Notes under the pieces: model-generated
Seen by the model: only the letters and a program-made list of their open reading frames with translations
Database searches by the model: none
What the model was told of the DNA's origin: nothing
NCBI GenBank assembly: GCA_021432655.1
Contig: MU271255.1
Span: 87,201 to 119,232, forward strand
Direction of reading: 5' to 3'
DNA: 32,032 bases
DNA from: Atractiella rhizophila
Lineage: Eukaryota
In this document: piece by piece, positions 20,353-32,032 of the stretch
Layout of the letters: every line of letters starts with the position of its first letter
How positions within the stretch are numbered: the first letter of the stretch is position 1
Position numbers and translations under genes: made by a program

Positions 20353-23300
20353 TTATGCAACAGGTGTGATCGTCACTCGCTCCCCTGAATTCGCAACGTC
20401 TAGGGGCACAGGCGTTAGAGGAATATCAGGTTTCGGTGCTGGCGGTGCCAGGACGCTGGGTGGCGCTGGGAGAGGGATCGGAATTGGTGCTGGGAGGAAG
20501 TCGGGGACTGCCGCGACACCATTTGCTACGCCTGCAACCGCCTTCTTCGCTGCCGTTTCGGGTGACGTCGCGGGGGTGAGCGGCGCGGAGAGCTTCTGCC
20601 CATCGCTCGATAGTTCTGGGACATGTATGCCACCTGGCACGTCGACGGGTATGTCCTGGAATGGCAGATGGGATGATGACCTTTGCACCATCTCAAAATT
20701 GTTTTGTGGTGGAATCGCAGCAGGGAAGACGGGGAGATCGGGATACTTGATCGTTGGGGTTGGAGTTGGTTCGTGGAGTATGGGAGGGATGAGGAGCGGC
20801 TGAGGTTGAGGATGCTGGATCATGTTTGTTTGGATCGGAGGATGGACGGGAGGGATTGAGGCTGGTACATGAGTAGTTGACGGAAGGGGTGTTCCGTTTT
20901 GTGAGTGACTGTGGCTCAGGTTGGAGTGCTGGACCGAATATCCCATGTCGTCGCCTAGTGTCGCAGGACGAGAATACACTTCTCCTGCTCCTGCGGCAAA
21001 ATATCCAGCAGCACCCATCTTGCTCGACTCCCCGTTGTAGTACGCCGGACCGGTGCCATTGAGAGTGGGAGGATAATGAGTTTGAGTCTGCATATACGTT
21101 TGCGAGTGAATGGGTGCCGATGCGGGAGACGGGTTGAAATAATCCCGTTCCTCACGGTAGAATGCGTTCGTGCCGGTGCTTGCGTACGGAGCAGTGATGG
21201 AATCCCACGAACTATTGTTCGGTGGGGGATGGTGAGGATACTGCGTCCTTCCGAGCGTTGCGTCCATTATCCCGCCTGATTTTTGCACAGTAGGCGGTCG
21301 AGGGTTTGGGTTCGTGGATGGGAACGAATACTACATTCAACGCGCAATCAGCATCGAACACTTGGTTTGGGAAGAAGAGAAGACTGACAAGCCCCATCTT
21401 TACCAAATCGTGCGTGATCTCTGCCTCCGACAAACCCTTGACACCCATCTGCCTCCCACCATCCCACCTATCCTGATCTTCTTCGATCCTCGTCCTGAGG
21501 TTGTACGCGACTGCAACCTCATCCAACAAGCCATGCTCATTGATTGCCTCTCGATAGATGTACTGCCTTGGCGGGTCGTTAGGATTCGGGAAAAGCCGTG
21601 GGAGGTATTCTGAAAGCGTTGTACAACCTCAAAAACAGTGCTGGGGATGGAGAAAGCATACCAGGCCCTTGCTCCGCCTCCTCCTTCTGACGAATCAAGT
21701 CAGCTTTCTCCTTCTCCAATCTCCTCTTCTTCATCGAATAATCGATGGCCATGTCGTTCTTGAGGTCTATGACTTGCTCCTACTCACGTTCGAAATCAAC
21801 CCATAAACCAAACGGAACATTAAAAAAGAGTAGACGTACATTCCAGGTCTTCCAAATCAAATCTTCGGCTCCTCTCCTCTTCAGTTCCAGGTGCTTGATA
21901 TCCCTCTGATAGATCTGATTCGCAAGTCGGACTTTATCGTTCTTTTTATTCTCCATAAGCTGCATCAGGTACACAAGCTCGGGATGCGTCCCTGGAACAC
22001 CACAACCGTCAAACAGGCAAGAGAGGGAAGGACAGGGACCAACCGCGCTCTATCATTCCCAGCTCGTGTTGCACCTCCTCCGTCCGCTCCACGAAAAGCT
22101 TATCACGAAGCCTTTGGAGCTTGATTTCAAGTTTTGACATCTCCACCATACAAGTTTCGAGGTGCTGTTTTCTTCGCGCGCCTGTACGAGAACGCAGGCT
22201 TACCACCACCCCATTTCATGGCAAGAGATAGAAAGACGCACTCTCGACTTCCTGTTCCGCTCCATCTCCTTCTACAGTTTCCTCAACCTCATCCACCTCC
22301 TCAGTAGGCAACGCGAACTGCACCTCCTTCTCTCTCTCCCTTTCCCTCTCCCTCGGATTCCCATACCTCCTCCTCCCTCTCCCTCTCCCACCCCTCCCCC
22401 TCCCCCCTCCTCTCTTCCTAACGCGCGGTTTCTCCTCTCCTTCTCCCTCTCCCTCATTTTCATTCTCATTCTCGTTCTCATTCTCCGGATCCTGTTCATC
22501 CTGCTCTTGTTCGCACTCACCCTCACCTTCACCAGCGTCACCCTCTTCATCGTTCGACACGCTCCCCCTCTCCGCTTCCTCATCCGCATCGCTCCGCTTC
22601 CGCTTCTTCCCCGCGTTCAACTTGACCTCTCCCTCTCTCCCACCTTCCATGACAACAGTCGACGCGATCGTGTCTTCCATAGATACGTCTTCCTGTTCTT
22701 CTTCTTTCAGAAGCACAAGCTCGACATCTCCATTGACGACGTTGACCGCATTGGCGTTAGGAGGTGACTTCGATTTCGACTTTCCCACACCAGCCCTCTC
22801 CCGCTCCGACCCAACCGCACCATTCGATGTCGTCCCATGCTTCAACCCGTCCAAAGCGTCCCCGTCTCCCTCTCCCGCTTCTTGCTCACGGACCCCATTC
22901 GGTTTTTCGCCTTCCCCTTCTCCGTCGACATCGATTGCGGATAGGGGCGACGAGGCATTCGCCGCGTGTCGTTTGTCGTCATCGACCGCGTCGTCTTGGT
23001 CGTCTTCTGGGATGTCGTGGTCTAGTTCGACTTGGTGTAGCGATGCTGAGCGGAGTGTGCTTGTTGTCGAACCTGAGAGAAAGGAGTCAGTTCCGGTCAC
23101 GGCTCAGTGAGAATGTCAGGGATGAACTACGTCAAAGATGACAAAGAGTGATGAACTTTAATTGTCACAGTGAACCAGTCAAAGGCATATGGTGTTTTTC
23201 AATGATGAAAGAAGGAAAATCTTGATGCTTATACTGCGGTGTCTAAAAAACACGTCCAGAAAGTACTCAAACGCCAGAAAGAAGGTGAAACTCCTCTTTC

Positions 23301-23912
23301 GAGGGAAATGCACAACGACAACCCTCCTTTCAATCACTAGCAATAAAGACACTCACCCTCTTTTCGCTCCCTCGCTCTCCTCTCCTTCTCTTCAGCCTCT
23401 TCCCTCCGCTTCCTCGTCCTAGTGCTCGTCCCACCTCTGCTCCCAGGACCACCAGCACCACCCCTCTTACCTCTCCCTCTCCGTCTCGCCGCCTCCTTCC
23501 CACCCAAAGCACCCAAACTTCCACCCGCAGAACTCGCCAAAGCACCATCAGCCGTCGCCAGCGCAGGCCCACCCGCAGGTTCCCGAATCTTCCTAGGCCT
23601 CCCAGGTCTCCGTTTAGCCTTCGGCTCCTCCGGGGCGGGAGAGCTCGAGGCGGAGGAGAGGCCGGACGACTGGGCGTCGGAGTCGAGATCAGGCTCCGCG
23701 TCTCCAGAGCGCGAACGCGACGGCGGCGAGTGATCGGAGAGCAGTTCGACCCTGGGCCGGGCCTTGGCGCTCTCTCCGTTGGCGAGCGTCTGCGTCGAGG
23801 TCGGCTTCGACGGCGAGGCGGCGAGGGGAACGGTGCTCGTGGAGCTCTGCCCGCTGTGGGTGCGCGAGGAGGACGACGACGGCGGCCCTTCGTCCGGTGC
23901 GGAGGCGTCCAT
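20353..23912 (-). CDS. Sds3-like family subunit of the Sin3/Rpd3L HDAC complex, Dep1-like
   Basis: Long disordered and acidic N-terminal exons (23912 to about 23354, and about 23100-22220). Then RRKQHLETCMVEMSKLEIKLQRLRDKLFVERTEEVQHELGMIERG|..HPELVYLMQLMENKKNDKVRLA...IWKTW, an Sds3-type coiled coil. P-rich C-terminal exon ends at 20353. Confidence 0.75.
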
Positions 23913-24532
23913 TCTGTGTGTGCTGCTGACTAATCGATGGCTGTGGCTGGGCGTGGTGTGGATGCTGTTTGGCTGAGCTGAGGAGATGGACAAGTAGTCG
24001 TTTCGTCGTTTGTGCCTCAGGGGGCGCTGGAACGAAACCTAAGGGGTCCACTTCGGCAACGTATGCCGCAGCGGCAAGCAAAATTTAAAAGTTGACTCGG
24101 GAGGTGACTATAAGTATATTTCAATCTCAATCCTCAATCCAAAATATTCTCCCCTTCCTCTTCCCAAAGCCTCAGTCCGACTCTCCACTCCCTTTGAAAT
24201 TGAATTACTTTCATCATTCTACGTGCCATATCTGTCCGGTGAGCGTATCAATCATCATTTTGTTTCGATGTCGAGGTGTATTTTGAGCACAGAGCTGTGA
24301 GATTGTTGATTCGAAGGAGTTTATCAAAATTGCTCCCCATGCCTTCAGAACTTCAGAAGAAGGGTCACTAGTGACTATTCATGTTACGACGATATGAAAT
24401 TCAGAAGCACTCAGTATCAGGACGTATTGGTAGTACATGAACTCAGAGAAGAAACCTAGAAGCCACAAGCAGGAGACGAGCAAACTGGAGAGAAAAGAGA
24501 AAAAAGAAAAAAGAAAAGATACACGTAGCAGC

Positions 24533-26415
24533 CTACTGAGCATTCAAACGCGCCGGAACTCTTTGACGGGAGCTGATGACCTCTAAAACCCTGACAAACT
24601 CAGGTAAAATCTCACCCAGTGTACAATGTTTCGCATGGCTCCTCAACTGTGCAGGGCTCTTCGGGAAAGGAGGCAAAGCGAGGACATCATCGTTCTCTTC
24701 CGCCTCCAAACCCTTCGTCTCCGCTTCCCGAAACCACATGAACCCCCTCCCGCATCGACAGCTTGAGGCATGAGCAAATACGATGCCGTAGACCCAAGCG
24801 CTACGTAGATTTCCTCTCGACCAGGGGTAGACTTTGTCCCCTCGAAAGAGGACGGTAGGATAGATGTGGGCGGGGAGGAAGATGTGGTTTGGATTCGAAG
24901 CTTGGTATTGGGTCTCGGTGATTTGCGTGATTCGAGTGGTTTCGCGTTGGAGGTAGAGGTTCATACCCTGTTGTAAGCGGATGTAGCCTGGTTCTCGTGG
25001 GAAGGCTCGGATTTTGTGAGAAAATACTTCGAGGGGAAAAGAGGAGGAGTTTTCTTCTTGAGAATCCAAATCGACCAAGTTCGTGGTTAGGTCGTCACGG
25101 ATGCGACCTTGGTTGGATGTGTCGGAGGGGATCGAGGTTGAGGCGTATGTTGAGGTGGTGGAGGCGGAAGGGTGCTGCCACTGTTGAGTAGTTTGATCGA
25201 CGAAGTTTGTGCTTGTGTCTTCAGGAACGAGAGGTTGGGCAGATGCAGACGGCGTCATCGAAGTGTTAGATGGTGCGGGTGAGGTGGGACGGTGGGGCTC
25301 CTCTTGAAAAGTGCGATCAACGAAGTTCACGCAGTTGCCCTCAGAGGCGGGAAATTGGTGAAATGCAGATGGCGGAAGGGGGGCAGCTAAGGTGTTAGAC
25401 AGGGGGCAAGAGTCCTCTAGCTGTTGAGAACTGATGAGCGCAATTGTTTCTTCTGTTTGGAGTTAGCCATTCCTTTCTTTGTGAAGGAGTAACAATATTC
25501 ACCGTTCAATGGCCAATTAGATGCCGTGAGGAACAGAATCTGATTGATGATTGTGTTGTGTCGCTCCGCATCTAAACGTACTCAAATCACTCGAAACAGA
25601 AAGAGAAAGCTCACCCCGAATGCGAAGCAGGGAGAGTTGAATGACAATGGAATCCCAAGAGGGATGTAGACGCATGTCCATGTTTGATTTTTTTTGAACG
25701 TTTCGGGCTTTGTGCGATAAATAGGTGAAAGGACCAAAAGCAGAGTCTAGGAACAAAAACCAGAGTTTCATCCTTGAATCTTGTGCGATTCCCGTTATTT
25801 CTTACGTTGGAAGAGGAATCAGATGAATGGATAGGTTGGGGAGCTCCTGTAAACCACGTGTGAAACTTTTCCCATGACCAGTCATCTATTTCTTCTCTAA
25901 CTAGGGCTGATGTCATGATTCAGGACTTCGGGCTTAGGTTTTGATAAGATAAACGAAGTGACTTACGGGGTCTTTTCTTTGATCTCTTCAAGGAGTCCAC
26001 GGCCGCTGATATAAGTTGTGAAGTGCCATCTTTCCAAACTTCCGGATCCAAAGGTCCAACATGACCCCTGCACCGATCCAAAGACACAACAAAGCCGCTA
26101 GCCCAATGAATTGCATCCACAGCAACAGCAAACGTCAAATTCCAAATGGTTGCTTGGGATAGTGTGGAGAAAACCGACGGCGCAGGGGTGGTCAGAAACA
26201 TGACAGGGCCGCCTGGAAGAAATGTTTGAGTGGGACTTGGTAATAGGAGTATTATAGAACTTACGCTCATCCAAGTCCGTCATGACATCTCTAATTCCAC
26301 TTTTGACGGACAACGGACATTCGATTGGAACTTCGCCAGGAGTGAGAACTGAGCACCTCCGGATACATGAGAGCTGGAGGGAAGGATGGGAGGGAAAGGA
26401 GCTGGTGCCCGACAT
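24533..26415 (-). CDS. Hypothetical (orphan-like) protein, 5 exons, a little over 500 aa
   Basis: ORF pieces join in frame through four GT..AG introns: MSGTSSFPSHPSL...DLDE|RGPVMFL...KKRP|PLVREEIDDW...SHS|DAERHN...WPLN|EETIAL...PARLNAQ*. No family recognised. Confidence 0.65.
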
Positions 26416-27147
26416 CTTGATATTGAAATAATGTCTTCGAGAAAAAGAGTATTGTTGGAGGTATCCAGTGTGGTACGATAACCGCACACGGGTGTACGTA
26501 CGAACGGTCAATGACCTGCTCTCCCTAGGTGCTTACCACCAGGGATGAGCAGATCCACAAGTATTAGTGACGATGCTTCACTGGAAGACATTGAGACTAC
26601 CCACCTTTATGAGCGTTGGGGAGACGAACGCAATGCGTTTGCGAGCGTATTTCAAATTTGGATCAAGATGCAACAAACCAATGCGGACCGCGATCAGTGA
26701 ATTGGTGTTAATTTACTTTGCCTGCGTTACCAGGGAATACATAACAAATACATAACTATAAAGCTTGACGCGTCGGCCTCCTAGCCTCGCACCTTCAGTT
26801 CCAGGCTCCACCAGAGCTTCAGCAGCTCTGCTGAAGATGCAATAGGCAAGCTAAATACAACCTCACTTTCCCTTCAAACAATTTGTATCGGCGCAACATT
26901 GTTCACTCCGAGTCATGATGTTGCTCAAATCCCTCACATTGCTTCACATTTGACACGATGTATCAGACATGGACCTTTATCCAACAGCTGCAACTTGAAT
27001 GCGAGATGAGTAGATGGTTTGCAGTCATGCTAGATCCCGACCTAACAACAGAATATTGATATACTTACAAACTACTCAGAATTCCTCACACCTGACGACT
27101 CCATGACATTCCAGCTCACTGCCCTTGGAGGTAAAACGTAAGAGGAA

Positions 27148-28402
27148 TTAAGAAAAGGTTATGGAGTGACACTTTGCCCCTCCATTATCTGCACATCCCA
27201 AAACCGTTCCATCAGACTTCGCCAACAAGCCTGGCCAGGAGCTCTGAACTCCAGAAACCGTCACTTTGTTCCCCCAAGCTCCCGTTGCGACGGGTCCGCC
27301 AGTGACGATCTTCATATTGGCACCCTGAACCCAGTTGTGCAGAGAGGTGTCTTCATCCGTCATGAAAGAGACAACAAGAGAGTTATCGGGTTTCTGGATG
27401 ATTTGTGGCGCTCCAGCTGCACACCAGTATCAATTTCGAACAAAAGCTTGGTAAAAACGTAATCGTACTATTGTTGTTTGTCCCAGTTGGACGGTATACT
27501 TGGCTGCGAACTCCCCAGGTCTTTCCATCATCGGCAGATACAACGCTCTTGATAGTGAAGGTGCCGGTTCCCTCAGTGGTTTCGAAGACGCACATGAGCT
27601 TTTCAGCGCCATCGTTGAACTCTGCCATCACAAACAGGTCATGTTGACTGACGTTCAGAGTATGGGGAAGGCGAAAGAAGACAAACTCGCGACTCCCGGC
27701 ATTCCATCCCTCCCTGTAGTGGAACCTCCAGCAACGGTGACAGGTCCAGACCAGGAAGATCCTCCGTTCGTGCTCGTCTTGACGAGGATGTCCTGATCGT
27801 TGGCGTTATTCTCTGAGGCGTAGTAGACCTGGATGGAACCGTCGTTGGCAACTCTGCCAAAAGGTTCCTGAAAATTCTTTATCAGTAAAGATATCATTTA
27901 AATGTAAACGACAGACCCAAAGCCCATTCACTCCTGACGCAGCGCGTTCAGCGACATGCGACACAAAGCTCCAAGTCTTGCCTCCATCCGTGGATCTGCA
28001 AGCGGTGATTCGATAGTAGCTGTACGCTCCGTTTACTTTATCGTTGTTCCTGAAAGTGGCGAGGATGCTGCCATCCCTCAACTGGACGAGGTGGGGATTA
28101 TCGAGGTCGTTGGTTTGAGAAGCGATAGTTCCCCAAGCCACGAATGAGCTCCCTCCATTTGTCGACTTTGTGACGGTCAGGATGTGAGTGTCCCCTTGAA
28201 AATAGGTGAACACGGCAAGAATGGAGCCGTCGCTCAAGGTGGTAAGACGGGGATAGGTGCCACCTCCTGCTGGGTTGAGGTTGATGGCTGCAGCGTTAAC
28301 GTGAGGCACGAGAGCGGCGCGTTTGACGAGGTGGCTAGGCGTCACCGTGGAGACGGCAACAGAACAAAGAGAAGCGAAAGTGAGCAGGCTTTTGAACAAC
28401 AT
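27148..28402 (-). CDS. Secreted glycoside hydrolase family 93 (exo-alpha-1,5-L-arabinanase-like, Asp-box beta-propeller)
   Basis: Signal peptide MLFKSLLTFASLCSVAVS and a KR site. Motifs GTYPRL, NGLW|EPF, YYASEN..NDQDI, RDGMPGVA, CVFET and GAPQI. Four Asp-boxes (STNGGSSF, STDGGKTW, STNGGSSW, SADDGKTW). Confidence 0.9.
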
Positions 28403-29726
28403 TGTTACACAGACTGAGAGCGTGATAAAGTGACTATCGCCATTCAACATTCAACCTCCCTTTTATGTTGTCATCGCGTCTCTATCACAGATAATGGCAC
28501 ATGTATCGCTGTTGGCATCCTTAACGACTGCCCCGTCCTGCTGCTCATGGCCGCCGCGTGCTTCACTCTAGCGCGTAGGCATTCGCCCTTCAACTGGTGT
28601 CTACCTCCACCCAACGGTTGTACGCCTGCAGCCTTTAGAGGTCATGTCAAACACCAAGACCTCTCATGACCAAACCAAACAAGCGAACTGGCCATGTTGC
28701 CAAGTGGAGGTGACGGCTATACGTTAACAGGGCAACGAGTACACCGTGCCTCGTTGCTACTCTACTGCATCGGGAACGCTCTACTGTCATGTAGACATGT
28801 GTGCCAGAGCCATCCTTTGGTTTCTTTTAAAAAGGAACACGCTTTTGACAATGTTGAGATGGGAGAGCTCGACTTGTAAATGGCCCACCAGATATCTCCC
28901 AAGGTGGATAACGTTGATCCATCACCATTTGATTCGTCGACCAGCCACCCGCTCCCAGTCCCCGCTACCCCACTCGAGTTGGGCAAGTGCAAAAAGGTCT
29001 CATCGATTTGCTCATCGATATCAGAGCCTTTACCAGACTGTATGATTCTCATACTGCTAAGAAATTGAGCGCAAATCATCAACTTGAGTAGACCAGACCC
29101 AGACGTGACAAAGGCGTAGTCAGTCATGACGCGGTAGTACGGACGCTCGGCTCGGACAACTAGATGACATACCGGCCACCAACCTCCCCGCACCTCCCGG
29201 CTGCTTAAAGCAACGCAACGTCAAACGGAGAGGTGCAACCACCACTTCGAACTTCACAACATTCGGACTGCTTCGAGGACGTAAGTAGGCGCAAAATTGG
29301 GTCAGCCTTTCGCTATTACCTTTCTGGTTGTTATTTGTTGGCATTCGTTGGGGTTTCGTCATCACGGTGGGCACTTGTTCACCAAGTTTCCTGCTCTTGC
29401 TAGTGGTCATAGCACCGTTGAACAGCATGGTCAGAATGTTTGTCTTAATCAAGCAGAGACTTCCGCGCCTTGCTCTTGGGCAGATTATTGCAAGTTTCGA
29501 CTGAGAAGAAGCCGGGTCGCCGAAAGTAGTAGTTCGTTAAAGAGACTAGCTATGAGGTTAATTCTATTCTTCGGGTATCGTATATTATTCCTAGCAGAAG
29601 CCCCTTCCTACGTTTAAGTCATCATTTTCTGTCCAGTTTAAGGACAACTTGAATGGAGTGGATTGACGAAAGACATCACCTTTGAACATGTAGACTAATA
29701 TCTACTTTCTGTAGGATCTGGAGAAT

Positions 29727-31779
29727 ATGACTACCCTGGACACTTTGACATATACGAGTTTGGACGAAATTCCAAGAGTGCACCATTCTTCTTCTTCTAC
29801 CGAGCCCACCAGCTTATGTTATTTAGATATGCGAGCAACTGAACAAGGAGTTCAAAGAAGGGACGACGCTGCCTATCCCTCACAGGAAGAAGCAGCTTCG
29901 TTCTGTTGCTTATATGTTCCAAGATAATCAGGAGCTATTTTGCGAAGCGCTCGCTAAAGATGTCCGTCGACCTTCCTTTCTCCAGCTTGACGAAGTATCT
30001 GAATGTTTCTACCGTGGATTGCAGCAAGAGAGGCCAGCATTTGAAACTGTTGTTCACGAGATTCATTTCGTCATCAAGGAAATTCACACGGCCTTGACCA
30101 ATCTTGACAAGTGGACGGCAGGAAAGAAAGTCAAAACTGAATTTCCGTGGAACTTTGCGAACCCCAAAGTTCACCGAGAACCCAAAGGACGTGTTTTGAT
30201 CATCGGGGCGTGGAACTGTGAGCTTTTTTCTCTTTCAATATTGCCTGTGACTAAAGAATACGACAGATCCCATTTGTTAGTCTATTGCTCTCTAAACGTA
30301 TATCACCGTTGATGATAAACATAAGCTCTTTTGGTTGGACCACTCATTGGCGCCATCGCTGCTGGATGCACCGTGGCATTAAAGCCTTCCGAGAACTCGC
30401 CTCACACCGCAGCTCTGCTTGGAAAGCTTCTCTTTCGTTATCTCTACGACCCTCAAACCGTCAAGGTCATAAATGGCGCCGTGGACGAAACAACCGCTTT
30501 GCTCAATGTAGAAGGTGGGTGGGATCATATCACCTACACTGGGAGCACGAATGTAGGGAGGATTATCGCCTCCAGCGCTGCGAAGAACTTGACGCCAACC
30601 ACGCTTGAACTTGGGGGTTAGTTTCTCTCAGACATAAATTCGACTTAGAAGAATCTTAACATGTGAGCAGGAAAGAGTCCGACCATCATTTGTGAAGATG
30701 CCGATCTCAAGCTTGCGGCTCATAGAATCTTTCTCACGCGTATCATCAACAGCGGTCAGATGTGCATCGCTCCTGATTACCTGATCTGTCCCGCTTCCAT
30801 CCAGCCTGCCCTCATCAAAGAGTTCAAGGAGTTCCTCATTAAAGCTTATCCTGAACCTTGGTTGGGAGACGAGGCGGCTGGAAAAGCGAGTAGAATGGTG
30901 AACGAGCGTCAATACGAGCGTGTCAAAGGCATTATCGCTGCTACGAAAGGCGAGATTTTGATAGGAGGCGGATCCTCCGATGACAAACTCAAAATTGAGC
31001 CAACTGTCGTCAGAGCTAACTCAGACGACAGCGTCATGGCTGTATGCAAGTTTTTCTCGTTTGGAATCAGAAGCTAAAGAGGGACGAAGGACGAAATTTT
31101 CGGTCCCGTCTTGGGTCTCATTACGAAAGATACATTGGACGAAGCGATCAATTTCATCAATTCCAGGTGTGTTTACTTTCGATAGTGACAATCAATCGAG
31201 GCTCAATTGGGATAGACCGCATCCTCTCGCTATCTACGTTTACACGAAAGATGCAGAGAAAGTGGATTATGTTCGCACGCACACCCGTTCTGGCGCTATT
31301 GTGGGCAATGCGTCAGCGGTCCACTTCTCCGTTCCTGGGCTTCCTTTTGGTTCGTGCTGTCTCGCCCTCCAATTCCGTGCACCATTCACCAGCGGTCAAA
31401 TCTAGGTGGAATTGGCGAAAGTGGAATGGGCAATTGGCACGGTGAATACAGTTTCAATGCGTTTAGTTACGAAAGGTCTACCTTGAATGTCCCCTCGTGG
31501 TTCCAATTCATCGTCGGTGTGTATCCTTTTTTTCTCTAACAAATGAGGAAGCTAACACGACTGAACTCGGGAATAGGCAAAATCACGCCTCCTTATAATG
31601 AGAAGAACCTCAAGTTCCTCTCTTCCACCATACCAAAGATCACCAGAAAGACAGGAGAACCATCTCTGCTTTCGAAAATAGCGGGCAAGTTCTGGTTGAT
31701 CACACTGGTGGCTGCTATTGCTGTGGCGAGTAAGAGGAGGGAGCAGATCATGACTCTTGCGAGATCAATCACGAACTGA
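29727..31779 (+). CDS. Aldehyde dehydrogenase, ALDH3 / fatty-aldehyde dehydrogenase (Hfd1-like), with C-terminal membrane anchor
   Basis: [47 protein letters not shown] (catalytic Glu), [11 protein letters not shown] (catalytic Cys), EIFGPVL, PHPLAIY and [16 protein letters not shown]. Hydrophobic tail [13 protein letters not shown]. Confidence 0.93.
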
Positions 31780-32032
31780 TATGCATTTGAAAATGAAAAT
31801 GGGCAAAGGTTCAGTGATATGTGTCAGCGAAATGGTGTCAGTGATTTAGGAGGTCCCCTGTATCATCAAGCATACCAAATGTCATTGTTTTACCTCATGG
31901 TTATAGCATCGAAGTATTACTATAAACTGCGTAAGGAACATAATAACAGAACGTCAAATCCATCGTGTCCACTAAACATTTGCAATGCCAGATCTATCAG
32001 ATTTCACCTCCAATTTCAACTTCTACCCAATA

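Noticed and set aside
20060..23141. Long plus-strand ORFs (20060-20803, 22162-22767, 22622-23110)
   Set aside because: Antisense shadows of low-complexity exons of the Dep1-like gene; the ILILIL run mirrors an ENENEN tract.
23620..23940. High-GC segment as horizontally acquired DNA
   Set aside because: It lies within the A/S/P/R-rich first exon of a host gene and has no mobile-element boundaries.
24365..26836. Short palindromes GTCACTAGTGAC (24365-24376) and CTTCAGCAG-CT-CTGCTGAAG (26817-26836)
   Set aside because: Isolated and short, with no target-site duplication or second copy; a few are expected by chance in 32 kb.
28430..29700. Short ORFs between the GH93 and ALDH genes
   Set aside because: No recognisable domain or consistent splice model; treated as a divergent promoter region.
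1..32032. CRISPR arrays, tRNA or rRNA genes, intact transposons
   Set aside because: No repeat-spacer array, cloverleaf, rRNA-like tract, or transposase/RT motif seen by eye. An intron-containing tRNA could have been missed.

Overview
Eukaryotic, intron-rich fungal DNA, most likely basidiomycete (short GT-AG introns of about 45-60 nt, a DUF6533-type membrane gene). About 14 protein-coding genes can be reconstructed by hand: the 3' end of a low-complexity protein, two convergent MDR enoyl-reductase-like paralogues, FES1, a small CsbD/Hmp1-like hydrophilin, a DUF6533 membrane protein, an intronless F-box-like gene with a 480-bp internal duplication, ARP2, an ACOT9-like thioesterase, two orphans, a Dep1/Sds3-family subunit, a GH93 arabinanase and a fatty-aldehyde dehydrogenase. 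The main result is that 1190-3283, which looks almost ORF-free, is written backwards (reversed but not complemented). Reversing it closes the N gap through an exact 16-bp overlap, supplies the missing stop of the first gene, and supplies the missing TATA box and ATG of the next gene. It also reveals a complete 5-exon 5-formyltetrahydrofolate cyclo-ligase gene that six-frame translation cannot see. This is almost certainly an assembly or processing artefact, not new biology. The long second intron of that hidden gene holds a candidate structured, C/D-box-like ncRNA of about 305 nt. All gene models and family calls come from manual reading and motif recognition; no searches were run.
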